Shown: piece by piece, positions 40,496 to 55,008 of the stretch
How the letters are laid out: each line of letters starts with the position of its first letter
Numbering within the stretch: the stretch's first letter is position 1
Assembly (NCBI GenBank): GCA_963777605.1
Contig: CAVZRV010000013.1
Span: 128,001-192,000 of the forward strand
Reading direction: 5' to 3'
Source: an uncultured Acidobacteriota bacterium
GTDB lineage: Bacteria > Acidobacteriota > UBA6911 > RPQK01 > JAPXNP01
Length of the DNA stretch: 64,000 bases
The notes under the pieces: generated by a model
What the model saw: only the letters and a program-made list of their open reading frames with translations
What the model was told of the DNA's origin: nothing
The model's database searches: none
Made by a program: the position numbers and the translations under genes

Positions 40496-40708
40496 TCAAA
40501 ACTGTCGGTCGAAGTGCTTGCTGTCCAGTGGAGAACGGGATACCCAGCCCGGCGAATCCTGACGGTGGCTGAACAGGCGCCGGAGCAGGGCGATCGGCAG
40601 AACCAGCAGGTAGAAGGACAGGATAATGATCAGCGAAGTGTTGATCGTCCCAATAAAATGACCGACACGCTGGAATCCCAGCCACAAGATCTGGATGCCC
40701 CGTTTCAT
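40496..40708 (-). CDS. SxtJ-like small membrane protein
   Basis: GHFIGTINTSLIIILSFYLLVLPIALLRRLF..FDRQF, downstream of the carbamoyltransferase. Confidence 0.7.
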   Translation of the reverse strand: MKRGIQILWLGFQRVGHFIGTINTSLIIILSFYLLVLPIALLRRLFSHRQDSPGWVSRSPLDSKHFDRQF

Positions 40709-40894
40709 GGTTATGACTCTAACGGAAAATGGTTCCGGGTTCCGGGTTTCGAGGTCGGGAGGATTGACTCATCGGTGTTTTCCTGACCATCACGTGAAAG
40801 TATCTCCAAATCAAAAATCAAAGATCGTAGATGCTCCTAGTGTCCTGGCACGTATCCGGGGCTCTGAAAGCGTCATATGATGCGTGACAGGATA

Positions 40895-42622
40895 CTAGAG
40901 TCCGCACGGCTGTTCTTCCTTGCGCAGCACGTGGTTGCCGATCACGAGCAGATCCATCCCTGTGCGCATGAAGCAGTTGTAGGCATCCGCCGGAGATTCG
41001 ACAATTGGCTCACCGCGCACATTGAAACTCGTGTTGAGGACCAGCGGGCAGCCGGTCCGGCGGGCAAACGCCTCAATCAGGTCGTAGTAGCGTGGGTTCT
41101 GGCGGCGGTTGACGGTCTGGATTCGAGCCGAACCGTCAACGTGGGTAATTGCCGGAACCGACGATCGCTGCTCAGGTCGGACGGATGCGACCAGCAGCAT
41201 GTATGGACTGGGATGCTCCAATTCGAACACCTCCGCCGTCCGGTCTTCCAAAACGGAAGGGGCGAACGGCCGAAAGGACTCGCGATACTTGATCCTCAGG
41301 TTGACTTCGTCGAGCATGCCGGGTCGTCTCGGGTCGGCCAGAATGCTTCGGTTTCCGAGTGCCCGGGGACCGAACTCCATCCGGCCCTGAAACCACCCCA
41401 CGACGGCGCCGTCGGCGATCCGCTGAGCCGTATAGTCGAGGAGCTCGCCGTCGCTCATCGACTCGCTTCGAGCCCCAACCCCGGAAAGAAAATCGGCAAC
41501 TTCAGGATCCCCATACTCGTTCCCGACCAGCGACCACTGCTGCCGATCGTCGCCCTCCTCCGCCATGATGCGAGGGTTGTCCAGGTATCGGTGCCAGACG
41601 GCGAGGGCAGCGCCAAGCGCTCCCCCCGCGTCGCCGGATGCCGGCTGGATCCAGATCCGATCGAAGGGAGTTTCGCGGATGATTCGCCCGTTGGCGACAC
41701 AATTGAGTGCGACGCCTCCGGCCATGCAGAGATTCCTTTCCGACGTCTGTACATGCAGGTGAGAAGCGGTCTGAATCATGACGCGCTCGGTGACTCGCTG
41801 GATCGATGCCGCCATATCCTTGTGGAACTGGGTAATCGGGTCATGCTTTCCCCTGACCGGCTTGCCCCAGTAATCGCAGAATCGTTGGGAAGCCATCCGC
41901 AGGCCGGTCTCGAACTCAAAGAACCCCGGGTTCAGCGTGAATGCCCCGTCATCCCGCAGTGAAATCAGGTCCCCGAGAATCCGTTCCGCGTACAGCGGCT
42001 TGCCGTACGGAGCCAAGCCCATCAACTTGTACTCTCCCGAGTTCACCTTGAAGCCCAGGTAATAGGTGAACGTGGAATAGAGCAGTCCCAGGGAATCGGG
42101 GAATCGAATCTCGTGGGTCAGCTGGAGCTGGTTCCCGGAGCCTTGCCCGAGTGCGGTCGTGGTCCACTCACCGACGCCATCGACAGTATAGATCGCGGCA
42201 GAGTCGAACGGTGAAGCGAAGAATGCCGACGCCGCATGGGATTCATGGTGCTCGGAGAAGAGAATGGGGCCTTCGTAGTCGAGTTGCTTGCCGAGTCGAT
42301 CCTTGATCCACAACTTCTCCTTGGTCCAGACGGGGATTGCCTTGAGATAGGACCGCAAACCGCGGGGACTGTTGTGGAGGTAGGTTTCGAGGAGACGGTC
42401 GAACTTCGCGAAAGGCTTTTCGTAGAAGACGACGTAGTCCAAGTCCGAAATGGCACACTGTCCTATTCTCAGGCATTCCCGAATGGCCTTCGCGGGGAAC
42501 TCGCTGTCGTGCTTCTTGCGCGAGAAACGCTCCTCCTGGAGGGCCGCGGTGATCCTGCCGTCCGTCAGGAGGGCCGCCGCGCTGTCGTGGTAGAAAGCCG
42601 AAATCCCGAGGATGCGGGTCAT
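40895..42622 (-). CDS. O-carbamoyltransferase (NodU/CmcH family)
   Basis: ILGISAFYHDSAA, EHHESHAAS, GGVALNC, EFGPRALGNRS, NTSFN. Confidence 0.95.
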   Translation of the reverse strand: MTRILGISAFYHDSAAALLTDGRITAALQEERFSRKKHDSEFPAKAIRECLRIGQCAISDLDYVVFYEKPFAKFDRLLETYLHNSPRGLRSYLKAIPVWTKEKLWIKDRLGKQLDYEGPILFSEHHESHAASAFFASPFDSAAIYTVDGVGEWTTTALGQGSGNQLQLTHEIRFPDSLGLLYSTFTYYLGFKVNSGEYKLMGLAPYGKPLYAERILGDLISLRDDGAFTLNPGFFEFETGLRMASQRFCDYWGKPVRGKHDPITQFHKDMAASIQRVTERVMIQTASHLHVQTSERNLCMAGGVALNCVANGRIIRETPFDRIWIQPASGDAGGALGAALAVWHRYLDNPRIMAEEGDDRQQWSLVGNEYGDPEVADFLSGVGARSESMSDGELLDYTAQRIADGAVVGWFQGRMEFGPRALGNRSILADPRRPGMLDEVNLRIKYRESFRPFAPSVLEDRTAEVFELEHPSPYMLLVASVRPEQRSSVPAITHVDGSARIQTVNRRQNPRYYDLIEAFARRTGCPLVLNTSFNVRGEPIVESPADAYNCFMRTGMDLLVIGNHVLRKEEQPCGL

Positions 42623-43773
42623 CGCTCGAGTGACTCCTGCTGGTCCGGCCCGGCACCGTCAGAGCCCTGGTTCTCCCGGGGTGGGAACATTGCGGCGAGG
42701 CGTCGAGCCAGAGCCTGTCCGACAGCCTGGTTCCCGTCTTCGGTCAGGTGGGCAAAGTCGAAGAACATCGTGCTTCCGCCCGCCTCGCGCAATGGGGGCT
42801 CCATGTCGATCCAGTTGATGCCGGACTGCCGGGCCCACTGCCGGGCCCGTTGCAAAAGGGCCTGCGCCGGTTCGGTATAGCCCGCCACGTTCTCGAAGAC
42901 GTAGCGCGACGGCATCAGCATCAGGAGAAACGGCATATCGTGGTTTCGCAACAGTTCTGCCATTCCTTCGATGGATCCCTCCAGGTGGCTCCACCCGATT
43001 TCGATCCGCTCCGGAGTCAGGAGGACCTGGTCAAATCCCAGGGAATAGAGAACCGGGGACGCCGGAGGCTGGTCTTTCTCAAAACGGGAGTAGAGGTTGA
43101 GCAGCCGTCGGACCAGCACGGTGTATAGGTAAGTGCGCTGGAGTAGCCGGTTACTGGTTGTGTAGGTGCCGAGCAGGTTGCCGTCCCAGCTGACCTGGTA
43201 GCGTCCTCCGACGACTGCATCAGGTCCGGTAGATGTCTGGCCTTTCCAGCGAAGGAGGGCCTCGTCGCTCAGGTCATTGCAGAGTTCGATCTCCACGATG
43301 ACCAGGTTGGGCGACAGTTCCAGCCCTTCGTGTTTGAGGTAAACACAGTAACCCGAGGGACTGAACCCCTGCCCACCAGCATTAATTATGCGGGACCGGG
43401 TGCCAGGAAATTCGCTTGTGAGTATCCGTTCGGCTACTTTGGTGTAATGTGCCTTGGCTTCGACCCCGAGGCCGAAACCGATCGAGTCTCCCAGCGAGAG
43501 AACCCGGAATTCGTCCGGTTCCGGTTTGGTGGGAAAGTCTTCCTCATCCCGAAACCCGAAACGGTTGGTGTGAAAGGGCACTCCCCAGAAGACGCCGGAA
43601 TAGTTCGGTTTCAGTCGAGCCGGGGTCCAGTCGGTCCGAACAACGTGGTCGCGCTTCTCCGAGGATTCGGAGAGGCTGCTCCAGCGCAGGGCGAGTTCCG
43701 TGGCGACCAGGACTACGGTCCCGATCACGGCGAAGAGTAGCAGGGTGAGCAGGTAGAGCTTGGCTTTTTTCAT
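42619..43773 (-). CDS. SGNH/GDSL hydrolase-fold membrane-anchored protein
   Basis: LGDSIGFG, INAG, CND, DFAH. Confidence 0.85.
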   Translation of the reverse strand: MKKAKLYLLTLLLFAVIGTVVLVATELALRWSSLSESSEKRDHVVRTDWTPARLKPNYSGVFWGVPFHTNRFGFRDEEDFPTKPEPDEFRVLSLGDSIGFGLGVEAKAHYTKVAERILTSEFPGTRSRIINAGGQGFSPSGYCVYLKHEGLELSPNLVIVEIELCNDLSDEALLRWKGQTSTGPDAVVGGRYQVSWDGNLLGTYTTSNRLLQRTYLYTVLVRRLLNLYSRFEKDQPPASPVLYSLGFDQVLLTPERIEIGWSHLEGSIEGMAELLRNHDMPFLLMLMPSRYVFENVAGYTEPAQALLQRARQWARQSGINWIDMEPPLREAGGSTMFFDFAHLTEDGNQAVGQALARRLAAMFPPRENQGSDGAGPDQQESLER

Positions 43774-44786
43774 CAGTGTTTTCGGGCGACGATAGTGAAA
43801 AAGCCCCCCTCGGAATCGGGTTGCAGGGCCATCGACCACTCCTTGAGCCGGCTTTCCAACGGTCCACCGGGCTGGTCGGATTCGAACAGGCGCTCGCCCG
43901 AGGTGAGCGGATCAAAAAAGCGCGTGTTCGGGATCGATCGGACGAATTCCAATTCGGATTCTGGCAGCCAGTGGTGAACCTCCCGGATGGTGTGTTTGGA
44001 TTCGTGAGGGTTCTGGTACTGGTCGGCAAACCACGCGGCCCAGCGCCCTTCGCCAACCAGGCGGCGCCGGAACCTTGGGTCGAGAAAAGCCACCTTCTGG
44101 CCAAGAAGCCGAAACACGGTTCTGCGAAAGTCGGTCGCCAGGCGGCCGTACTGGTGATAGAGGCCGAATATGAAGTGGCCGCCGGGTTTGACGAGTCGCG
44201 CGAGTCGTTGGAGTCCACCCCTTGGGTCGGCGGTGTGGTGAAGGACGCCATTGCAGATGACGCAGTCAAAGAACCCGTCTTCAAAACAGGGCTCGAACAG
44301 GCTCATCTGTAGAAAGAAGACCCGGTCGAGGTGATGACGACTGCGAAACTGCTCGGCGAGATTGAGTGATGCGGTCGAAAGGTCGGTTCCGATTACCGTG
44401 CGGTGGGCAATTCCAAGGAAATTGGTCAACTGGCCCGTGCCGCAACCGCAGTCGAGAACCCGCGCGCCGAACGGGATCTGCTCGTCCAGGAGGCGAGCAA
44501 AGACGCCTTCGCGCGCCTTTTCGATCAAAGAGGCGACGTCCTCAAATCCTTCGTAATCGGGAAACGGATGAGACTCGTAAAAGCTTCTGATGCGACCGGT
44601 GACATCGCTGCCGGTCTCGGGTTCGGGTACGAAGAGCTGGGGGATGCCTCCTTCGACGGGGTAAGCTCGGGAGCAGTGCGCGCACGACAGAACGTCTTCG
44701 TCGATGCGCGGCACGAGACCGCAGCGGGGGCAACGAAGGATTCTCAGCAACGGTGTCAACCGGGAGAACGTCGCGAAATTTTCCAA
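43773..44786 (-). CDS. Class I SAM-dependent methyltransferase with N-terminal Trm112-like zinc ribbon
   Basis: LRCPRC..CAHC..YPVEGGIP; VLDCGCGTG; NGVLHH. Confidence 0.88.
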   Translation of the reverse strand: MENFATFSRLTPLLRILRCPRCGLVPRIDEDVLSCAHCSRAYPVEGGIPQLFVPEPETGSDVTGRIRSFYESHPFPDYEGFEDVASLIEKAREGVFARLLDEQIPFGARVLDCGCGTGQLTNFLGIAHRTVIGTDLSTASLNLAEQFRSRHHLDRVFFLQMSLFEPCFEDGFFDCVICNGVLHHTADPRGGLQRLARLVKPGGHFIFGLYHQYGRLATDFRRTVFRLLGQKVAFLDPRFRRRLVGEGRWAAWFADQYQNPHESKHTIREVHHWLPESELEFVRSIPNTRFFDPLTSGERLFESDQPGGPLESRLKEWSMALQPDSEGGFFTIVARKH

Positions 44787-45026
44787 CCCGCCGATTCTAG
44801 CATCAACCGGCCTGGCGACGAGGTGCCAACAGGGGGCTCGGAAAGCGGTTAAGTGCTTTGGATTGCCTTCCTTCAGCGAGCGTCGCGCACCGTCTGGTGG
44901 GAGGGACTGGACGACTATCAGACCGTCGGGGAAAGGGGTAAAAATGAAATTATTTTTTGGCGGGGGATCGAGGAAATCATGGGTATACCTCGCGCCATCA
45001 ATTAGTTAGGGCGGTTTTTGAGCGAC

Positions 45027-45055
45027 TTGAACAAGCCGTAGGGAACCCGTATAGT
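45027..45055 (+). promoter_or_regulatory. Sigma70-type rRNA promoter
   Basis: TTGAAC-17 bp-TATAGT; boxA-like TCTTTGACAA at about 45110 and again at about 46834. Confidence 0.7.
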
Positions 45056-45181
45056 TAGCAACTCACGGCAGAAAAAGCCGATGAGGGCTTGCAGAAAAGC
45101 AAGCCGAGATCTTTGACAACCGGAACGAGACAGGCGGAAAACAGCGCGAGAACCGGGAGTAGGACTAACTACTTAAGCAAT

Positions 45182-46693
<1,512 letters not shown>

Positions 46694-46905
46694 CAGGTGC
46701 GATAAAATCTACTCCCCTCGCGTTGTCGCCTTCTCGTCCGGTTGTCAAAAATCTTTAAGCGATGTTGAACTCGATCGTGCCGATAAGGTACGATTAAGTT
46801 TCGACCCGAGGTCACGAGAGAACGTGGCCAGGTTCTTTGACAATCTGGAGTGTACAGGGCAAATAGTCACAAGTTTACCCGGGAATTGCGGAAAGGCAAT
46901 TTCTA

Positions 46906-49867
<2,962 letters not shown>

Positions 49868-49988
49868 TAGAATTTGCCTTTCAGGCGAATCCAGGGTCTT
49901 GTGGCTGCCCTGACACTCCAGATTGCGTTTCGACTGGAGTCATTTCATGAGAACGAGATGACTCCAGTCGAGGCCGGAATTCTCGGTT

Positions 49989-50106
49989 TTCCGGCGATCG
50001 TAGCGAGGGGGAAACACCTGTTCCCATTTCGAACACAGCAGTTAAGCCCCTCAGCGCCGATGATACTGCACTGGTGACGGTGTGGGAAAGTAGGTCGTCG
50101 CCGGGA
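49989..50106 (+). rRNA. rrf: 5S rRNA
   Basis: CCGGCGA/TCGCCGG terminal helix, CCCATTTCGAACAC, GAAAGTAGGTC. Confidence 0.97.
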
Positions 50107-50114
50107 TTATTTAG

Positions 50115-50146
50115 AAGCCCCCGCCGAGTGCGGGGGCTTTTTTTTT
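50115..50146 (+). terminator. Rho-independent terminator of the rRNA operon
   Basis: AAGCCCCCGC/GCGGGGGCTT stem followed by a T-run. Confidence 0.92.
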
Positions 50147-50281
50147 GTAGCGCGGTCCGCCGAGGGAGCAACCACTTGGGGGTGTGCCTGGCCGGAGCGC
50201 TCATTGGAGGGATGTCTCCTGTTGGTGCCGCATGAACCCCGACAGAGCATTCGTATATACTAAATTTTTTCGAAATCCGCT

Positions 50282-50788
50282 ATGGAAGTGACTGGCGAAC
50301 AGATTATTGCAGCGCGAGTGCTCCGGGAGCTGGTGGGCGCCGGTACGGTAGCACTAGGTCCCGGGATGCCCGAGGCCTTGATTCCGTACATTACCAATGG
50401 AACGCGGTGGTTCAAGCTCGGGAAGGAAGAATTGCCCCCGGACGGCGTGGACGTCGTCGTTGTTGAGGCTCTCGAAGTCTCCGAGGTCGGCGATGTAGCC
50501 GTACCAGCTTCGACCCACCTGGAAGGTTGCAATGGGCGACGCTGGGTGGTGGCATCACCGCTTGCCCACAATAACGGGAATCCACTGATTGTAAAGGAAT
50601 GCCGTTTCCCGGTTGGGAAAGAGCATTGTGTTGAACTGGTGGTCACCGACCTGGGTGTGATTGAGGTCGGAAGGGTCGGATTTGAGCTCACCGAGATTGC
50701 CCCCGGTTTCTCCTCTGATGACGTGCGGCGCCGCGTTCGCGCCAGTCTTCACGTCGCCGACAACCTTGATTTGATCCGCACTGTGTAG
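50282..50788 (+). CDS. Degenerate CoA-transferase beta-subunit-like protein
   Basis: TVALGPGMP, ALEVSEVGD, LIVKECRFP, VVTDLGVIEV, LTEIAPG; SENG segment absent. Confidence 0.7.
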   Translation: MEVTGEQIIAARVLRELVGAGTVALGPGMPEALIPYITNGTRWFKLGKEELPPDGVDVVVVEALEVSEVGDVAVPASTHLEGCNGRRWVVASPLAHNNGNPLIVKECRFPVGKEHCVELVVTDLGVIEVGRVGFELTEIAPGFSSDDVRRRVRASLHVADNLDLIRTV

Positions 50789-51065
50789 CGCAATCGTTCC
50801 TGACAGCAGCGAGATCAAAGGCTCGTCTCAGAATTCTGAGGTGTGGCCTTTGCGGACTGGCCAATCTTGTGGTGATGGGAGACGAGGCCGTGAAGCAGCC
50901 TAAAAGGTGGTTCTGCGGCCCGAAGGTGGCGGAAGCGTCCCTGCTGCTTGCGGCGTAATGGACATAGCTCCGGCGTTTGGCCGTAAGCTTTGCGCGTCAG
51001 AAGCCGGCGGTTGACCGGGGTCAGTGCCGGCTCCTCTGATCGTCAGCTCGGGACGGTCTTCCAGC

Positions 51066-52499
51066 CTAATAGCGGTAGTGATCCGGCTTGTAGGGTCCTT
51101 CGACCGAGACGCCGATGTAATCAGCCTGTTCTTGGCGGAGAGTCGTCAGCCCGACTCCGAGCTGTTCCAGGTGAAGGCGGGCGACCTTCTCGTCCAGGTA
51201 CTTGGGGAGCACGTAGACCTTGCTTTCATAGCGGTCGGAGTGGACCCACAGTTCGATCTGGGCGAGGACCTGGTTTGAGAAACTGTTGCTCATCACGAAG
51301 CTGGGGTGGCCGGTTGCATTCCCGAGGTTGCAGAGGCGCCCCTCGGACAGAATGATGATTGCGTTCCCCGAAGGGAAGTGCCAGAGATCAACCTGGGGCT
51401 TGATGTTTTCCTTGCGGGTTCCCGGGAGCTTCTCGAGTCCGGCCATGTCGATCTCGTTGTCGAAGTGCCCGATGTTACAGACGACCGCTTTGTCTTTCAT
51501 CTGAGCCATCTGGCTGGCGAGGATAACGCCGCAGTTTCCGGTGGCCGTAACGAAGATGTCGGCCTGGTCGACGACGTCTTCGAGGCGAAGAACCTGATAG
51601 CCTTCCATGACGGCCTGCAAGGCGCAAATGGGGTCTACTTCGGTGATGATCACGCGGGCACCCTGGCCCCGCAGCGCTTGAGCGCATCCCTTGCCGACTT
51701 CACCGAAACCGCAAACGACCACGGTCTTGCCGCCGATCATGATGTCGGTGGCTCGGCAGATCGCATCCGGGAGGGAATGGCGGCAACCGTAGATGTTGTC
51801 GAATTTCGACTTGGTCACACTGTCGTTGACGTTGATCGCGGGGAAGAGAAGGGTCTCTTTCTTGGCCCGTTCATAGAGGCGGTGGACTCCGGTGGTCGTT
51901 TCTTCGCTGACACCCTTGATGTTTTCAACCATGCGATGCCAGTACTGCGGATCCTTCTGGAGCTGGGACCGGATCAAATCGAGAATAATTTGCATCTCGC
52001 GAATGTCGGAGCTGGCCGGATCCGGCAGGCTGCCGTCGGCAGCGAAGCGCTCTTCCGCCTCAAACCCGAGGTGAATCAGGAGGGTTGCATCTCCGCCGTC
52101 GTCTACAATTACGGTCGGACCTCCGTCGGAGAAGTCAAGCGCTTTGAATGTGCACCACCAATAATCTTCGAGAGTTTCGCCTTTCCATGCGAAGACCGGA
52201 ATTCCGGCCTTGGCGATGGCGGCCGCAGCATGGTCCTGGGTACTGAAAATGTTGCAACTGGCCCATCGGACGTCCGCTCCGAGGTCCGCCAGCGTCTCGA
52301 TCAGGACAGCGGTCTGTATCGTCATGTGGAGGGAGCCGGTGATCCGGGCACCCTCCAGCGGTTTCGAGTCGCGGTATTCCGCACGGATCGACATCAGACC
52401 CGGCATTTCGTGTTCGGCGAGTTCAATTTCCTGCCGGCCGAATCCGGCAAGGTTAATATCTGCAACTTTGTAATCGGTTGCCAAACTGGTCACTGCCAT
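51066..52499 (-). CDS. ahcY: Adenosylhomocysteinase
   Basis: [50 protein letters not shown]. Confidence 0.98.
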   Translation of the reverse strand: MAVTSLATDYKVADINLAGFGRQEIELAEHEMPGLMSIRAEYRDSKPLEGARITGSLHMTIQTAVLIETLADLGADVRWASCNIFSTQDHAAAAIAKAGIPVFAWKGETLEDYWWCTFKALDFSDGGPTVIVDDGGDATLLIHLGFEAEERFAADGSLPDPASSDIREMQIILDLIRSQLQKDPQYWHRMVENIKGVSEETTTGVHRLYERAKKETLLFPAINVNDSVTKSKFDNIYGCRHSLPDAICRATDIMIGGKTVVVCGFGEVGKGCAQALRGQGARVIITEVDPICALQAVMEGYQVLRLEDVVDQADIFVTATGNCGVILASQMAQMKDKAVVCNIGHFDNEIDMAGLEKLPGTRKENIKPQVDLWHFPSGNAIIILSEGRLCNLGNATGHPSFVMSNSFSNQVLAQIELWVHSDRYESKVYVLPKYLDEKVARLHLEQLGVGLTTLRQEQADYIGVSVEGPYKPDHYRY

Positions 52500-52566
52500 A
52501 CTTTTTCTAATCCTCCCAACTAATGGTCGCGAATCAAGATAACACAGAAGCATTGGCCCTGCGGTT

Positions 52567-54015
52567 TCACGACGGCAGGCTGATCTGCTGGGTCCGCCGC
52601 GCAATTTCCCGGAGCATGCCGCGAAAGATCAAGGCGTGAACCGGATAAAGGATGTACCAGTAAAGGCGTCCGGCCAGGCCGAGGGGGTCGAAGATGGCGG
52701 TCTGGCGGATTTCGGCCCTTCTTCCGCTGTCTTCGTTAACCTCAAATTGCAGCCAGGCTCTCCCTGGTACCTTCATCTCCGCCCGCAAGCGAAGGAGCCG
52801 GTTCGGCTCGAACGCTTCGACACGCCAGAAATCGAGGGCGTCACCTGGAAGGAGTTCCACCGGATGGCGGCGGCCGCGCCGCATTCCGGGGCCCCCTACA
52901 AGGAGATCCAGGAATCCCCTCAGCGTCCAAAGCCAGTTGGCATAGTACCAGCCGTTGTGGCCTCCAATTCGCTCTACGGGTTCAAAGGCACGACCGATGG
53001 AAACCGGGACGGTCGCTGTTCGAGAATCGAAGATTCGACCACCGGGAGCCATTCCCCCGTAGGCCCTTGGTTCGCCCGCAGAAGATAGGGCATCGGACCA
53101 CCGGGTTTCCGCGTACTGCCGGTCTTCATTGGCAAGGGCCCGACTGATTGCGAATCGAATTCCAGTTGGGCGGACCGAAAAGACCTGGAGCGCACGCGAA
53201 TCTTCCACCACCGTAGAATGTTTGACACTCTCGATCAGCTTGCGCCCGACTCGAGCGTAGATGGGGGTGACCAGTCCCAGCCAGAGGCTGGACAGTCGCA
53301 GGCTGAGCACCGGAACCGGAAGGATCCAGCGACGGAGTCCGCGTTGTCGTGCGTACTCCCGCATGAGCTCGCCATAGGACACGCGATCGGCCCCCCCAAT
53401 TTCATAGATTCCGGAAGCACTGAACGGAAGGTCGAGCGCCTCGACGAGGTAGCTGATCACGTCCTCGATAGAGATGGGCTGGGCCTGGATCCGGACCCAA
53501 CGGGGAGTGACCATCGCGGGAAGCTTGTCCACGAGCGCGCGGATCATTTCAAATGAGAGACTTCCCGACCCGATGATGATGGACGCCCTGAGTTCGAAGG
53601 TGGGAATTCCCGAGTCAGCAAGGATTCGGCCGACATGTTGCCGGCTGCGCAGGTGAGCCGAGAGCGTGTCTCCTCGCCCCAGTCCTCCGAGGAAGATGAT
53701 CCTCGAAACCCCGGCTTCGCGCGCCGCCCGCGCGAAATTCTCGGCAGCGAGCCGTTCCTTCTCTTCAAAATTGCGTGAAGACCCCATCGAGTGAACCAGG
53801 AAGTAGGCCGTTTCGATATTCTCCAGGCCCCGACGAACAGCGGGGTAGTTCAGCAGATCTCCTTCCACTACCTGGGTTCCCGGCGCAGTTCGAGCCAGGA
53901 GACTCTCAGGTTGGCGGCTCATGCAACGCAGGTGGCGTCCCTGCTCCTCGAGCACTCTCCTCAACCGCCCTCCCACGTAGCCGGTAGCCCCGGTCAGCAG
54001 TATCGCGTTTGTCAT
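52567..54015 (-). CDS. NAD(P)-binding oxidoreductase with C-terminal DUF2867 (YbjT-like)
   Basis: [40 protein letters not shown]. Confidence 0.9.
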   Translation of the reverse strand: MTNAILLTGATGYVGGRLRRVLEEQGRHLRCMSRQPESLLARTAPGTQVVEGDLLNYPAVRRGLENIETAYFLVHSMGSSRNFEEKERLAAENFARAAREAGVSRIIFLGGLGRGDTLSAHLRSRQHVGRILADSGIPTFELRASIIIGSGSLSFEMIRALVDKLPAMVTPRWVRIQAQPISIEDVISYLVEALDLPFSASGIYEIGGADRVSYGELMREYARQRGLRRWILPVPVLSLRLSSLWLGLVTPIYARVGRKLIESVKHSTVVEDSRALQVFSVRPTGIRFAISRALANEDRQYAETRWSDALSSAGEPRAYGGMAPGGRIFDSRTATVPVSIGRAFEPVERIGGHNGWYYANWLWTLRGFLDLLVGGPGMRRGRRHPVELLPGDALDFWRVEAFEPNRLLRLRAEMKVPGRAWLQFEVNEDSGRRAEIRQTAIFDPLGLAGRLYWYILYPVHALIFRGMLREIARRTQQISLPS

Positions 54016-54186
54016 CGGATTCCTCTGAGTTATGAATCGTGTTAACTCGTGTCCCTGGCCAGAATTTTACGAAATTTTGTAGGTGGACAAAAAGTGGACA
54101 AAATATAGATAAATATGGAACCTATGTGTTTCGAGACGCATATATAGGTGCAGATGAAGATTATCAACAGGAAATGGATGGAGAAG

Positions 54187-54690
54187 ATGAAAATGATTCG
54201 AAAGATTGGATTCCTTGTTTCGGTATTTCTTATGGGCTTGGCGTTTGCTGTGGCACCCGTAAGCGCTTCCGGCGCTGCCTCGGACGTGCAATCAAAGGAT
54301 ATCGTTGACACGGCCGTCTCCGCCGGCAGTTTCAAGACGCTCGTGCAGGCAGTGCAGGCAGCCGGACTCGTGGACGTCCTGAAAGGCGATGGTCCCTTCA
54401 CGGTGTTTGCTCCGACCGATGAAGCGTTTGCCAAGTTGCCTGCCGGAACGCTCGAGAGCCTGTTGAAAGACAAGGTGAAGCTGACCGCGATCCTGACCTA
54501 TCACGTGGTTCCTGGAGAGAAGTTGGCTTCGGATGTTGTGGCTTCGACCGCTCTCAAGACGGTTCAGGGTCAGTCCTTGAAGGTCGACACTTCGGACGGT
54601 GTCAAAGTGGGCGGCGCCAATGTGGTAAAGACCGACATCCTTTGCAGCAATGGTGTGATCCACGTAATCGACAGCGTGGTTCTCCCCTAG
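54187..54690 (+). CDS. Secreted fasciclin-domain protein
   Basis: [34 protein letters not shown]. Confidence 0.95.
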   Translation: MKMIRKIGFLVSVFLMGLAFAVAPVSASGAASDVQSKDIVDTAVSAGSFKTLVQAVQAAGLVDVLKGDGPFTVFAPTDEAFAKLPAGTLESLLKDKVKLTAILTYHVVPGEKLASDVVASTALKTVQGQSLKVDTSDGVKVGGANVVKTDILCSNGVIHVIDSVVLP

Positions 54691-55008
54691 TAATCAGAAC
54701 CTCCCTGGGTTTGCATAGGACAACCGCCCTGGTTGTTTGATCAACGCGGCGCCCGGCTCTCTTGACCGGCCGGGTGCCGCCCCACTCCCTCCATCGCTAA
54801 TCCAAGTCTCGCTAGTAACAACCGAGGACATCCTTCCACGCTGTCGCGTGGGTTGGGCACCGCAGCCGGATGGTTCAGTGGCTCGGGAAACAGGCCACTG
54901 CCTGCCCTGCGGGAGAGACTTCGATCGCGAGACACCCTGCGGGGACGCTTGTCCTACGCCCGGGCTCCGGGTACTATCGGCTGAAACCGTACGATAATCG
55001 GAGTCCAC

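Noticed and set aside
40496-42622. Saxitoxin cluster (sxtI/sxtJ-like genes)
   Set aside because: No sxtA, sxtG or other core genes; these homologues are widespread outside toxin clusters.
52500-52566. SAH or SAM riboswitch upstream of ahcY
   Set aside because: Only 67 bp of intergenic space and no recognisable riboswitch core.
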